Shown here in pieces: positions 1 to 12,429 of a stretch of 64,000 bases of DNA. The DNA comes from Podarcis melisellensis (taxonomy: Eukaryota). Below the pieces are notes generated by a model. That model was not told the origin of the DNA. It worked only from the letters and a program-made list of their open reading frames with translations, and did not search any database. The first letter of the stretch is position 1. Each line of letters starts with the position of its first letter. The position numbers and the translations under genes are program-made. The stretch lies in assembly GCA_964234715.1 (NCBI GenBank), contig OZ174280.1; one strand, 5' to 3'.

Positions 1-542
1 CAGCTACATTACCCAGGGCTTTTTAAAGGGCAAGGGGGGAAAATACCATACAGAAATGGTGCTGTAGTCATTGGACGCCTCTTAAAGGGATCTACAGAAT
101 CAAGTGGATTCATGATCCGATCCTGGTTATGATCCATCCAGATAAAACCTCTGCAGATTCCTTCCCCATCATATATGACAAAAAGAGTACACTAGTTTAG
201 GATTGACTAAAGCTGCTGTTTAAGGATACGTTAGCCTTGTGAGAAGGGATACTCTTGATTGAGAATCCACAACTTTCCTTGACAACCCAGTTCCAGTTTT
301 TAATCACTTTCCCCTGCTGAACAAACTGCACCTTAATTTCTACTTTCAATCTGTCTGGTAGTGCTCTCTCCTTGTGCTTTCTGTCGCATATTATAACTGA
401 TATTTCTCTCTTAGCTTGTTCTTCAAAGGGGGATTTGTCAAGTTGGAAAGCATTAGAGCAGAAGCGGAGAAGAAAGACCCCGTTATTCCTATGAGCTAAG
501 TAGGTTGTTGCTTGGAAGCTGGCAGGGGAGGGAAGCGAGGGT

Positions 543-751
543 NNNNNNNNNNNNNNNNNNNNNNNNNNNNNNNNNNNNNNNNNNNNNNNNNNNNNNNNNN
601 NNNNNNNNNNNNNNNNNNNNNNNNNNNNNNNNNNNNNNNNNNNNNNNNNNNNNNNNNNNNNNNNNNNNNNNNNNNNNNNNNNNNNNNNNNNNNNNNNNNN
701 NNNNNNNNNNNNNNNNNNNNNNNNNNNNNNNNNNNNNNNNNNNNNNNNNNN
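543..751. other. Assembly gap (209 N)
   Basis: Run of N. Confidence 0.99.
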
Positions 752-3700
752 AAACACATTTTACTGCTTTTTTGTCCATGTTTAAAAAGCACCGGTGACC
801 TTTTTTTATTTAGCGTGCCCCAGGTGTAATGCTGAGGCTGATCCTCTTAGGGTTTATAACCTCAACAGAGAGTGCCTTTACCCAACGGAGGGATGATTTA
901 AAGGAGGGCTAGAAATATGAGGCCTCACTGGTACTCGCACAAGTCTCCTGCTCTGCCTTTCCAGAGTGAAATGGTGGCTTGCCTTGGAAATGGTATAGGG
1001 AAAGGAGCTCTCGCTGAGAAAGGTTTGGTCAGGTTGTTGGTTGCTATTACAGATTAGTGCTTCGGAAGGAGGGGAAGGCTGGACTTCAGGGTGCTGGTCC
1101 TGCACAATTAGCACAATTACCAATACATCTGCATCCTCCATACTAGATTGCAGAGTAGGTTAATATAACCAAAAAGCTCCATTGCTATGTAGAAGACAAA
1201 GCCAAGAGAAATCAAGGGTGAAATTCAGCATCTTGCTATTGCAAATATTCTGTCTCCACAAGTATATCAGCTGGCCAGAGAGAACAATCCCCCCTCCCCA
1301 TATGCTATTCTGGGTTCTTCTTACCCTCCCCCCAGCCAATTTCACAGTGGGAATAGTGGGAGGAAAGCCCCGTTGCAGAGGCCTTCAACTGATGGGTTTT
1401 GTTAGGTAAATCCTGCCCCCCGATATTTGGGCAATCTTCAGTGATTCCAAGATGATTGGTGACTTGGAAGCATTTATTCTCCATGACATTTTGGTGCCAT
1501 TCCACTGGTTCGATTCAAGAGACAAAGGAGAAATACAATATTATATTCCTTTAACAGCGTTCTCTGCTTTTTTATTTCAACCATTTTGCTAGGAATGTCA
1601 AGTTTCTTTGAGAGGACAGGAAAGATGACCCGGTGTTGAGAGTGTCCAGGGGGCATGAGGAGACATAATTTTTCCTTGTAGATAGTAACTCCCTAGGGAA
1701 CAAAAGGCTGCTGGTGTATCAGAGGGTCCAATCACAAGAGTTCAGGTTGCCTTTTGTGGTTTTTTGTGGGGTGGGTTGAATTGACTGGCTTATTTCTTTT
1801 AAAAAAAAAAAAACTTCATGATTATAGTGTCAATAGTTGTATAGTTGTCCTGCACCATTGGGTTAATTGATTTGGATGGTTGAGGATTTGATGAAATTCT
1901 CCAACACTTTTGTTTATTTAGAACCTCAGGGATGGGGAACCTGTAGCTCTCTAGATGTTTTTGGACTCCAGCTAATGGTCAAGGATAATAGCTGTTTTAG
2001 TCTAGGAAAACCAGGAAGGCCTCAGGTTCATACTCTGCCCTCAGTTAGGTAGACTAAATACAGGTTATCTCCTGTTTTGGCCCATTGTCTGCATGAAGAA
2101 AGAGGTTTTCTGAGGAGAACATGAGCTGGCACCTAATTTTTCAAAGTAGATGTGCATCCATACCTTCTCCTTCAGGATTTTCTTTTCAAACAAAAATACA
2201 GGAAAACAGACTCCATGCAGGAATAAGAACTTGCCCTTAAGGGAACCCAGGGTCCATTGGCCACATTAGAATGGGCCCAGTTAACATTTCGATCACAATC
2301 CACAGGTTGAAGAACACTGCTCATTAGTCAAGAGGTTATGTGACCTCAAATTGTTATTCTTTTGATTCAGAAAAGTGCAAATTGTAAGCATTAAAACAAT
2401 GGACCTTTCGTATTTTCTGGTGGCAGACAATCTGCAACAAAGAAGAGACTTAATCTTCCTCTCCCTCAATCTATCATCCACCCATCCATCCCTTCTTCTT
2501 GTTTCCTCTTCACCCTCGAATCCATTTTTACCTGCTATCAAAAAGATGGTTGTGGTGTCATTGGGGTGACCCACCTTTGATCAAATCTGAGTCCAGCTTT
2601 GAGCACAATCTACCAGCCAACAACCAAACAGTAATGCTGGTAGGAAGGAGCAAGATGGGCATTTAAAGCTGACAAGATTTCTAATTCTAAACCTTCTGCT
2701 CCCATTCCTCCCCCTCCATCCCATCTATGTGCCTGATAATTCTCCTGACGCAGCCTAAATGGAGAAGCAGTTGCCATTCCACCTTGGTGAAATGAGAAAC
2801 ACAAATGAAGTGCGGTTTGGTGCTAGAGCAGGGGCTTGACTCACTGATACAATGTTTAAGATGCTGCCGAGGTATTTAGAATAGAACCGCTTGCTACCAT
2901 TTTAAGGAGACAGTTTATTCATCTAAACGGCAAGCTTATGTAGAAGAGGGTCTGAGATTGACGTCTTTGGGATTAGTTTAGCCCTGCATTTTTTCTGGAG
3001 GTCGTTGTCATGGTGCTCAGGAGGTTTGTCGAATAAATGGGGCCAGCGTTCTTCTTGGGACCACATGCTAAAAACTAATACATAACGTTTAATTTACTGT
3101 CTCCGTAGCTAGCCCAGCCATTTTTCAGATAATAATATTGGATTAGAGCGACTTGCAAGGGTGGATGGGAGTGGGCAGGCAGGCATGTGGGGGCTGATGA
3201 GGAGCAATGAGAGTCGTTGTTGAGGTTCCTTGAAGCAGAGTCGATGGCTTGTGCACTTTTATTTCTTCACAGAAGCAAATTGAAAAGGGAAGTATCTTTA
3301 ACTCCTGCGATCAGGTTGTTACATGCAATCTGAGAAAGAAGGCAAGGGTTTACATTGCAACCAGAGCCCTCCCTGATGTCAAAATGTTGTATCTAGCCTA
3401 TTATGATATGGGGAGAAGGATCCCATCCTTTAGCTTCAAATTTTATTTTGCTATCTTGGCCCTTTCTGATACAAAGATGGTCACATTTTTGCAAGGTGGG
3501 TACTTCTCTGAAAATTGTTTCTTGCTGCAGTTAGACGACCAGGGTATTTGTTCCTCAAATGGTTGGTTCGTGTAGGATTTTATAAACATTGTTTTATTTG
3601 CCTATTTATTTAATAAACTTACACCCCTCTTTTTCAAATAAATTATAATAAACTACATGATCACAAAACACAGTAACAGTTTTCACCCCCTTCAAAGTGA

Positions 3701-4538
3701 CCACTCCATTATCTCAAAAGACAGGGGCTTTCAGCTGTCACAAACTTATTTAGGTTTAAAGTGTCTGTGTATATGACTAATCTGAGCTGAGGTTGAATCA
3801 GTCAAGATTATAAATCCAAACCCAACTATAAGGCTGTGGTAAGTTTAGTGAGGAACTGTTGGCTAGTTTTTGCACATTACACACCAGCCCAGAGATGTTA
3901 ATGTAATTGGGTTGGCAAATTTCCTAGAAAATAGGCTAATAGCCATTGACATGCAAATATATGCACATTTTAAGTTGTTCACTACTTAGCTGAGCTTATT
4001 TTACAGAGCTCAGATGGTTTGGAGTGGGTGGGCACCTTGCCTCGGGTCACTACTGGGGATGGGGGATAATCCAGTGGCAACAGAGAAGTGGGTGATATGA
4101 GGCTAGGCTGGTTCAGAAAGGCTTTGCTTTTTTAAAAAAATAGTGGCCTGAGTAGAGTTACTTAGAGAGTTATCAGCTGGATTAATGGGAAAGAGAAGAA
4201 GACTATTTAAAGTATAACAAGCAGCATGGTAATTACACAAAAATGGAAGTCACATGAGACAACCTGTTTGCTTGTTTGCTTGTGGGACAATTATTTGCTC
4301 CCCTAAAGGGCAGCTGAGGAACTATAAGATTGGTAGAAGGGCCACAATGCTAACAGAGAGGGAGTCCAGCTGCCCAACTGACCACCAGTGAGTCAGAAAG
4401 CTCCACCAATAACACTGTCCCACTGACAGTGTTTTGTGAATGATGAAGACCAAAGCAGGACGTGATCAAAGGTAGCAGGGGAGGGTGTAGATCCACAGGA
4501 TACTAAGCTCCATCATTATCTTGACATATCCCCCTCCC

Positions 4539-4540
<2 letters not shown>

Positions 4541-4592
<52 letters not shown>
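4541..4592 (+). repeat. (GAAA)13 microsatellite
   Basis: Direct reading. Confidence 0.97.
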
Positions 4593-4594
<2 letters not shown>

Positions 4595-5080
4595 GTTCCT
4601 GAAACGTTCTGGAACTAAAATTGTGGTTAATGAGGGGGGAAGAAGAGTGAAAAAAGAAAAAGCTATCTCCTGTTGCTGAGCATGTGAGCTTCACCTGCTC
4701 ACCTGCTGTTTGTCAGTGACCACTGATTTTTTTTTGGGGGGGGGCTGCACTCCACCTGAAAATGAGAACATTTGCACAAATGACAAAGCATATGCAAATC
4801 TATGCAAATGGGTGGAGAGTCAAATCAACATATAGTGAGCCCAGAAAATCCTGTTAGCATCCCTGTTCTCAGTAAATGAACCTCCTTAAAATATTGTCAA
4901 AGCGCTCTATCATTTCCCATAAATCTTTTTTGTGCATGGAATTTATACCTCTCCCATTGCTCTGAAGTTTGCACAGTACTGATAACCTTCACAGTTTCAA
5001 GTAAACTGCTGACAATTTTGCCTGCATAGCTTGTGGTAAAAGAAAGGAAATTCTGTGTTATTTGGGATATTTCTGAGATT

Positions 5081-5130
5081 AACAGTATAGGAAATCCTGT
5101 ACTGTAACAGTATAGGAAATCCTATACTGT
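5081..5130. repeat. Tandem duplication of a 25-bp self-complementary unit
   Basis: AACAGTATAGGAAATCCTRTACTGT twice; each unit is ACAGTATAGG-AAAT-CCTATACTGT (one mismatch in copy 1). Confidence 0.9.
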
Positions 5131-6233
5131 AATTAGAAAAAGGTTTAATAATATACTAATATTTGTAATTACTGAATGGATCTGTGCAGTTGAATAGTGT
5201 TTGGCACCAAATGCTTCTCCCCACTGATTCTGCATTACTGCTTTTATGTCTTTTTGTTTGAGTACATTTTCTGATATATTTTCATGCACATTAAAAGTTA
5301 GGAGGTGCAACTGAGGTGCTTTTGCTTGTATCCCTGTTTAAACCCTCAGATAGTATTTCAATGGCTAAGAAATGCAAATAAAAAAGTTTTCTTTAGCAAA
5401 AGTAATATTTAGCATGGGCTTCTTAGGGAGCCTCATATGTGGTCATTTGACCAAGGCACTGCTCACCTTTATCCTATGCATTTTGGTGGCATCTTTCTTG
5501 TCCAGGTGCAGAGATAGTATTGCACATTCTTTTATAATCCCAGATGATGTATACTTTACCTGTATGTATAATTATGTAGTTTCCCAATGTGTATGCCAGT
5601 GATACTGGAGTGGAGATGATGGGGGAACATTATTTCATACAATGCCTTTCACTTAACCCAAAAATTCCAAGTTGCTGTCTTTACTTTTTCCAAATCATCT
5701 CTCTTTCCCTAATGGGCAGTAGTTCCTGCAAGATGTAGTTGTGAACTGGTGTTTCTATGTCATGACTGCCAGTGTTGTTCTTCAGTGATGTATTTCCATG
5801 TGAGAGATACAAAGCTAAATAATACAGCTACCTCTGCCACTAACACAAACTTAGGAGCACAATGGAGGACAAAGAGGGGCAATGTTCATGCATCCATTCC
5901 TAAACATAGGCACTGTATGCAAGCCACCACACATGAGGCCCAGAAATGATATTCTTGTTTGTCCCATACTGGGTGACAGGTTTGGCATGAGGTGAATATT
6001 TAGCTCTTTGAATGACTTCCTGCATCATTCTCAAAAGCAATCTCAAGAGTTATCACACCACATGTCCATCTAACTTAGAAGATGTCCCTCTCTATAGCTG
6101 GTTGTTGGTGATCATGTTTTCTTAATTAGCATTTTTTGCTATTACATATCACACATCCTTCTACGCTTCCTCTTGAGAACAAGGAACACTTTGCATTGTT
6201 AACTGCTTCTCCCTTTCCCCACTTCTTCCACAG

Positions 6234-6329
6234 TCAATTTTGTTGTCAGCCTCAATCAAGCGAGAAGGAGACTCTCCAACAGCATCACCTCACTCCTCAG
6301 ATGATATCCATCACTCAGACAGATACCAG
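6234..6329 (+). CDS. RNF220: RNF220 coding exon A (96 nt): SILLSASIKREGDSPTASPHSSDDIHHSDRYQ
   Basis: Polypyrimidine tract ending ttccacag at the acceptor; donor CAG|gtgaga; 32 open codons matching RNF220. Confidence 0.95.
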
Positions 6330-6649
6330 GTGAGAGAGCAACCAGGAGGACTCAGCTGATGACTGGAAACCAGGAGTTACTAAGTGCCACTACTAGTTCT
6401 TTCAGTGCTGCCATTCAAGTCCTTAACTTTTTAGCCTTTTGTGTTTTTCAGGGATTATAATACCGCCCCCCTTGTTTAATGCATATCTCCTTGCATCTGG
6501 GAAATCTTGCCAAAAAAAGTAGTATGGTATACAAATGTTAAATAATACCCTTAACAGGTTTGCACCCAGTATAGCTTTCTGGTTCCTAATGCTTCTTGGT
6601 GCATCATGGCATAAAATACAGTTGTTAAGTTAATAATACAGTTACAGTT

Positions 6650-6870
6650 TTATTATTATTATAATTATACCCCACCCATCTCTATTTATACCCCACCCAC
6701 TCTGGGTGGCTTACAGTATATCTAAAAACATAAAATCTCCCTGTACAGGGCTGCCTTCAGATGTCTTCTAAAAATTGTCTTCTAAAAGTTATCTCCTTGA
6801 CATCTGAAGGGAGGGCGTTCCGCAGGGAGAGTGCCACTACTGAGAAGGCCCTCTGCCTGGTACCCTGTAA
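6650..6870 (-). mobile_element. L2-clade LINE 3' end fragment
   Basis: Motifs tttataccccacccatct...ctctgggtggctt and gggagggcgttcc...gccactactgagaaggccct, typical of squamate L2 3' ends in reverse orientation (from recall). Confidence 0.7.
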
Positions 6871-7088
6871 CAATTATTGAATCACGTTAGTTTTAATTTT
6901 GATATTACTGTATTTTGTAAATGGATGGAAAATAGGACTAAGCATAATGCCCCAATTAGCCAGAAACAAGTCACCACCAGTGGGACTCCATTCTGAAAAT
7001 CATGTAAATGGAATTTGCAGGTGTAAAAAGTGTTGTAGCCTTGTCGATTTAATTGTTCAGTAAGTTTTGTATAGTTTATTAAGGTGTG

Positions 7089-7160
7089 AACACAAAGGTT
7101 ATCTGCTGTAGTATGTTCAAAGCCAACACAAAGGTTATCTGCTGTACTGTGTCCAAAGCC
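7089..7160. repeat. 36-bp tandem duplication
   Basis: AACACAAAGGTTATCTGCTGTA(G/C)T(A/G)TGT(T/C)CAAAGCC twice, with 3 mismatches. Confidence 0.9.
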
Positions 7161-8268
7161 AATAGAAGTACAACTACAGTTCCTATTAGAGTCTGAAATA
7201 TGTGCACACGCACACACATTATGGGGTGCTGCCCATCATCTCTATGGGTATATGGTCTGTACTGCTAATTGGATTGCAGCCAGTGCATAACTGTGCTAAT
7301 GAATCAGTAGTGGTCTGAGATTGGGATGAACGTTTGTGTCTATTGTATGACTAATATATCTAGCATTATATGTCTTTTCTTAATTGTTAGTAGCTCCTGC
7401 CATAGTCATAGTTTATATAGTTCAGACTATGCCAGAGATATGAAGTGCTCACACTCTACTTTCTGCTAGTTCACGCTTTCAAAAATGAATCAACACTGTT
7501 CTGAATATTGTCAAATACAGATAAACATTGCTAATAGTATTCTTCTGTAAGTGATCCCAGTTTGCATTTGATGGCTTTACTTTTCACAACAGGCACTTCA
7601 CGGAGACTCATAAATTCTTGATGGAGAGGCAAATGGGAATTATAGTTTGCTTTTATAGGGTAGAAGACTGGAGGAGGATCCTTTTTTGTATTTTTACTGC
7701 TCTAGAATTTGCAGGCCGTAGTAGTACAAAGCAACTCCAGTGTATAACTAGAATATGACTAGGGAAATACACAGGCATCAGAGATAAATCTCCTCTGGGA
7801 GCTAATCCAATGGGCTTTATGCAAATAAAATAAAATAAAATTCTCCCCTTGATTCCAAGAGCTGCAAGCTGAGCTTTTCACGTGCTGGATGTGTGCCCTG
7901 GTTATATATTTCTTTAAAACTGCAGTGCTGGTAATTTTGCATTGCAAGTTCTTTATGGCATTTATGATCTGCTAGGAAATATACTGTATATATTAGTGAG
8001 AGATTGGGAAGCAAACTTTTGCTTATGAGGTTGTTCTGAAGGAAATTTCACAAAGTTTGCACTGATAAGCTCTGTTGGTGTCTTAGCAGGGACAGAAACA
8101 GTTCACCATTTAGCCCATAGTGATCACATGAAAACTTAACCTGATGCACCTGCAATTACATGTGGGAGCTCTCTGTGATAAAGCAAATATTTCCACATCC
8201 CTGCTACCAGTGATCTGTAGAGAACATATATTTTATGTGGATAAATGGTGCAGTCAGCTGCCATGAGG

Positions 8269-8390
8269 TTACAAAAGGTAGGTGCAGATTACCATTTACT
8301 ATTTAATTGCCACTTGCAAACACTACGGCATGCATGTGTTTGCAGGTGGCAATTACATAGTAAATGGTAATCTGCACCTACCTTTTGTAA
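8269..8390. repeat. 55-bp near-perfect inverted repeat with 12-nt spacer (possible palindromic MITE)
   Basis: 8269-8323 is the reverse complement of 8336-8390 at 53 of 55 positions; the spacer is TACGGCATGCAT. Confidence 0.95.
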
Positions 8391-11300
8391 AGCATCAACA
8401 GGGCTGTCCTGTCCAAGCTTTCTAAAATTCCTTACAAAATAACCACATGAACCACAGCCATACATCTAGAGCTGTCAGAACTGGGCTATGGGTTGTGGTC
8501 TGCAGTTGGGAACATGGAGTCAGGACCCAAGGGAAGTGAGGAGGCAGGGTCAGAGAATAAAGATTGAATAGCAATTAGTACCAGAGGTGAAATCAGAAGA
8601 CAGGACTCAGGAACATAGAGTAATAAGGATCAGAGGTCAAAAACCAACGCAGAGCCAGTAGGAGTCGGGACCATAGTAAAATCAGGATCAGAGGGTAAAC
8701 CAGAAGGCAGAACTGGGGTACCTCCACATGACCTGTTTATTGAACATTCATCCTTGTTTTACTCTAAGGTGCTACTGGAAGGAATTTTTTAAATTTTGTT
8801 TCATCCTGGTTTGTTTGCATTGTTATATGGCTTCCCGTCAATCATTTCCAACACTTTCTAGTCTAGTGCATTGCCTCATCACTTTCTGCACCACAAAAAG
8901 TCCTTTTTCTAAAGTGGGGTTGTTGTGCAAGAGCACCAGAATGCTTTAATCTACTTTAATTGTGCGAACCTTAATTAGCTGGTATGCAATTGAATCTTTC
9001 CCGCAAAACAGTAACAGTCTGGAATGGATCTTAGTAGAACAAGCAAAGTTCTACTGAGACAAGAAGCCTCTTGTTTTCCTTCCTGCCCAGGCTTGAATAG
9101 TCATTCTGGAAGGTACCTGCCCAAGAAGTTGTAGTGATTTTGCTTGCCACATGGGGTAATTAGTGGTCAACAGTTCCTGAAATATGTATTTAGATCTAGT
9201 TGGATACAAATGTAATCTGGTAAAGCAAGGGAAAATTCAGTAGGAACAGAATTAGGAAGTGAAGCGTTATTATGAGAGCTGAAAGGTTGATCAGAAAACT
9301 AGGATCTAGTCCAAGTTATAATTTGGCAGCCAAAATTAGTTGCTAGCTCTCTCCTACTTGGCTGTTTGGCACCTATACTGCATTTTTCTGTGTTCTTATA
9401 GAAAAGGGGAGAAATGTTTTAAGTTAACAGTGTTGTCCCACATGCATTTGATTTAAACTAGAGTTATAGAAAGGCTACTACAAATATTGTTGTGGAATTA
9501 TGGTATAAAGAAAAAGAACAGATTATGTTGCAATTGAAACTGTCCCCTCTGCATTTGCAGCTCAGGCCCAGAAGCCTTGAATTGTTTTCAGAGAGAGCAA
9601 GTGAAACTGACAGGAAGTTGTTGGTTTTTTTGAGTGATCATGTTGAGTGAAATAGCAACGGCAGGATGGTTGAGGAAAAGAGGTGAAAGGAAGCAGAAAT
9701 GTAGGTAGGTAGGTAAATGAGAGGTTTGAAGTTGCTCTGGCTGCATTAATCTGACATCTCTTGAGTAACACAAGGAGAACAGTATTGCTTTTTGAAAATG
9801 GAATTTTTATACTGTGTCCTTTCTTCCCAGCTTTCTGCATAAGAATAGGATTAATGACATGACTGTTTCTTGACAAAAAGAAAGAGCTGTTCCAGTTAAA
9901 GAGTATAACACAGAGTCTAACACAGAGAATCAATTTAGGTCAGGTCCTAGAAAATATTGGAGCACTCCTATCTCTCCTTGTAATAAATGTGAAATGAGGA
10001 TGCTAAGCACTAGACAGAGTCAGGTTCCAATATTCCAGACCAGGGTTTGGATAGTAAGTAGAGTGGAGCTGCTTGGTAAAAGTGCAATTTGCCTGAAGAA
10101 AAATCCATTAAAAATAGGATTTCACCCTCTCTCTAGGCAGTCAAACTGAGAGGAGGAGCCAATCTCATTCAGCCCAGGTGCATTCTGCCTTTGGCAGAAT
10201 CAGTAGGCTATGGCTCCTTCTGTAAATGTGCCAGCCCATGTCCCCTCCACCTTCCATAGATATTGCCAGCATGTACAGTACTAATCAGGCCATTAAAATA
10301 TGCTTACATTATCCAGTTTATTACAGAGATTTGTTTTTGCTTTGCACAAGTACACACAATGCCTTTGTTGGTTGCTGGCTGGTCTTTATATGGGCTGATC
10401 TTGTCTTCCAAAGATTCATAATACGCACATCCTTTGAAGATGTGCTTAAACAGTAGAGTGAAGGAATTCCCAATGGTACTCCCTAAACTCCAAGATACGT
10501 TACAGTATTTTGCACCCAGAAATATAAAGACTAGTATATTGTGATGTGCTGCATTCTTGCACAAGTCACTGAGGGATAGTCCACTGGCAACTCAAGTGCA
10601 TCAGATAATGTGGATAAAGCTTCTAAAGAAGAGGCTCAGTGTACTAGAACGAAGCTGCCAGCCGAGACTTCACTTGAAACAATTGCCCTCCTCCTCTCTC
10701 CTCAAAACCTCAATAATATGTATTTTACTACTTGTTTTAGCTTACAAAATAATGTCTTAACATCTGTGAAATATAAAGCATTTCATTCATACATCAGTTT
10801 GTGACAGATACAAGGCATTTGCTGTTTCTTAAAATCAGTGCAGACTTAGCATACAGAGGTGCTAATTAGGAAAATAGACAGCAGACAGTTGAGATTGCCC
10901 AAAATACTTGATTTTTCTCTTTTTCCCCCTTCAAAATCATACTGTCTACTTCTGTGCATATTGACCTAAGATATCTTATCTGCAATTGACCCCAGTGAAT
11001 TATAATTAATATAAATGGGAACAGACTACAATACAATAAAAAATGAGTAATCTCTCATTTAAGACTGTACAGCTAGTGTCCCCACCTTGTAGGGGAGATG
11101 TGCAAGAGATATCAAAATGAGTTAAAAAGTATAAAATAGCAGAGAGATCAGAAGGGTGCAGACCTGTCCCAAATTTCATCCCTTAAGTTATGTATTTACT
11201 GAAAAGAAACATGGAAAAGCCCGGTATATTGAAATAATTCAAAAGCTTAGGAAAAAAGCATTTCGAGAGGCTTACGGTTTTTAAAGGTTTTTTTTTTAAA

Positions 11301-12096
11301 GCAATTTAGGCCTCAGGATTGCAACACTGTCACACATGTTTGCCTTTAAACACTTGGATAGTCTTTGATGGCTTCAGCAGGATTGCTAATAGGATCAAAG
11401 TGAATCACTTCCCTTAAGTGTTTGCAGGATGTGGACCCTGGTTGGCAGGATAAAGGCCATTTTATAGATTTATCATTCTTGCAATCACTGACTGTGACTT
11501 TAGAGTCATAAAAGACTAAAATAATGACTGCTTTGTCCAATAACATGTTGTATTTGGTAAGGTTTTATCTTCATTTCATCCCTATAGAGAACTTCAGCTC
11601 ATCACTGCCTTTTGACAGGAAAAGGGAGGAATGCTTATGTTTCTAGGAGTCTACAAGACCTGCACACACCACTTTTTGTTAGCCCTTTTTATTATACATG
11701 CACACGGCAGGTAAAATACTAAGTATTTCACATAGCTTAATAAAAAGCCAGACTTTCCACACATGCCAAGAACAATTTACTGGATGTGATTCTAGCAACG
11801 TCCAGTGATACCTATAGCATTTCTTAGAAAACTGGTGCCTCTCTCAATGGAGACATCAATTTATCAAGAGGGGTACCTTTATACAGTTGCACCTTGTGTG
11901 CAAGTGTGCACTGCTGGGTTGTTGGTTTTCTTCTGCTTAGCCTCACAACTATTATTGCTGAGGGTTCTTAAGGTTCAAAGTTATGAAGCTGCTTATACCT
12001 GGGAAGTTACTTTATTGGTGCAGGGCACCCAAAAAGGCAGCTTGCCTTCTACAGAAAGTTGGAGTGGGTTCCTGCACTTTTTGTAATAGAAATAAG

Positions 12097-12247
12097 CCGT
12101 GCTTTTTTTCTTAAAAAATGTTTATGGGTACTCTCATTTTCCTACTCATATTGAAATACTGACCTGACCCTCAATAAGGCCAAACTTAGATTCACAAAAT
12201 GTTTAAGGGTATGCGAACCCCTGCATCCCCCCAGAAGAAAAGCACTG
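12097..12247. mobile_element. Non-autonomous hAT-type DNA transposon (MITE)
   Basis: Terminal inverted repeats CCGTGCTTTT...AAAAGCACTG with an 8-bp target-site duplication GAAATAAG/GATATAAG (7 of 8 identical). Confidence 0.75.
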
Positions 12248-12429
12248 GATATAAGCTTGAACTGTCTGTTTACAACGGTGGCAATATCGGGGCTGCTAAT
12301 TGCAAAGTTATCTATCCAAATTTTGTTAGCTTGCCATTTTCCTGCTCATTTCTCAAAGTCTCGGCAAGTTAAATTTATGCTTGGGGAGCAGACTGCATCT
12401 TGTCTGTAGTTGTACAGGAATGCATGTAC

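Noticed and set aside
489-829. ORFs spanning the poly-X stretch
   Set aside because: Artefacts of the 209-N assembly gap.
3950-5380. Several ATGCAAAT octamer motifs
   Set aside because: Short AT-rich motif, partly in what look like decayed repeat fragments, with no further support.
8500-8720. Degenerate GGTCAGAG/CCAG repeats, possibly LTR-derived (similar texture near 18930-19100 and 57200-57480)
   Set aside because: No LTR termini, TSD or coding motifs could be established, so the evidence is too weak to call.
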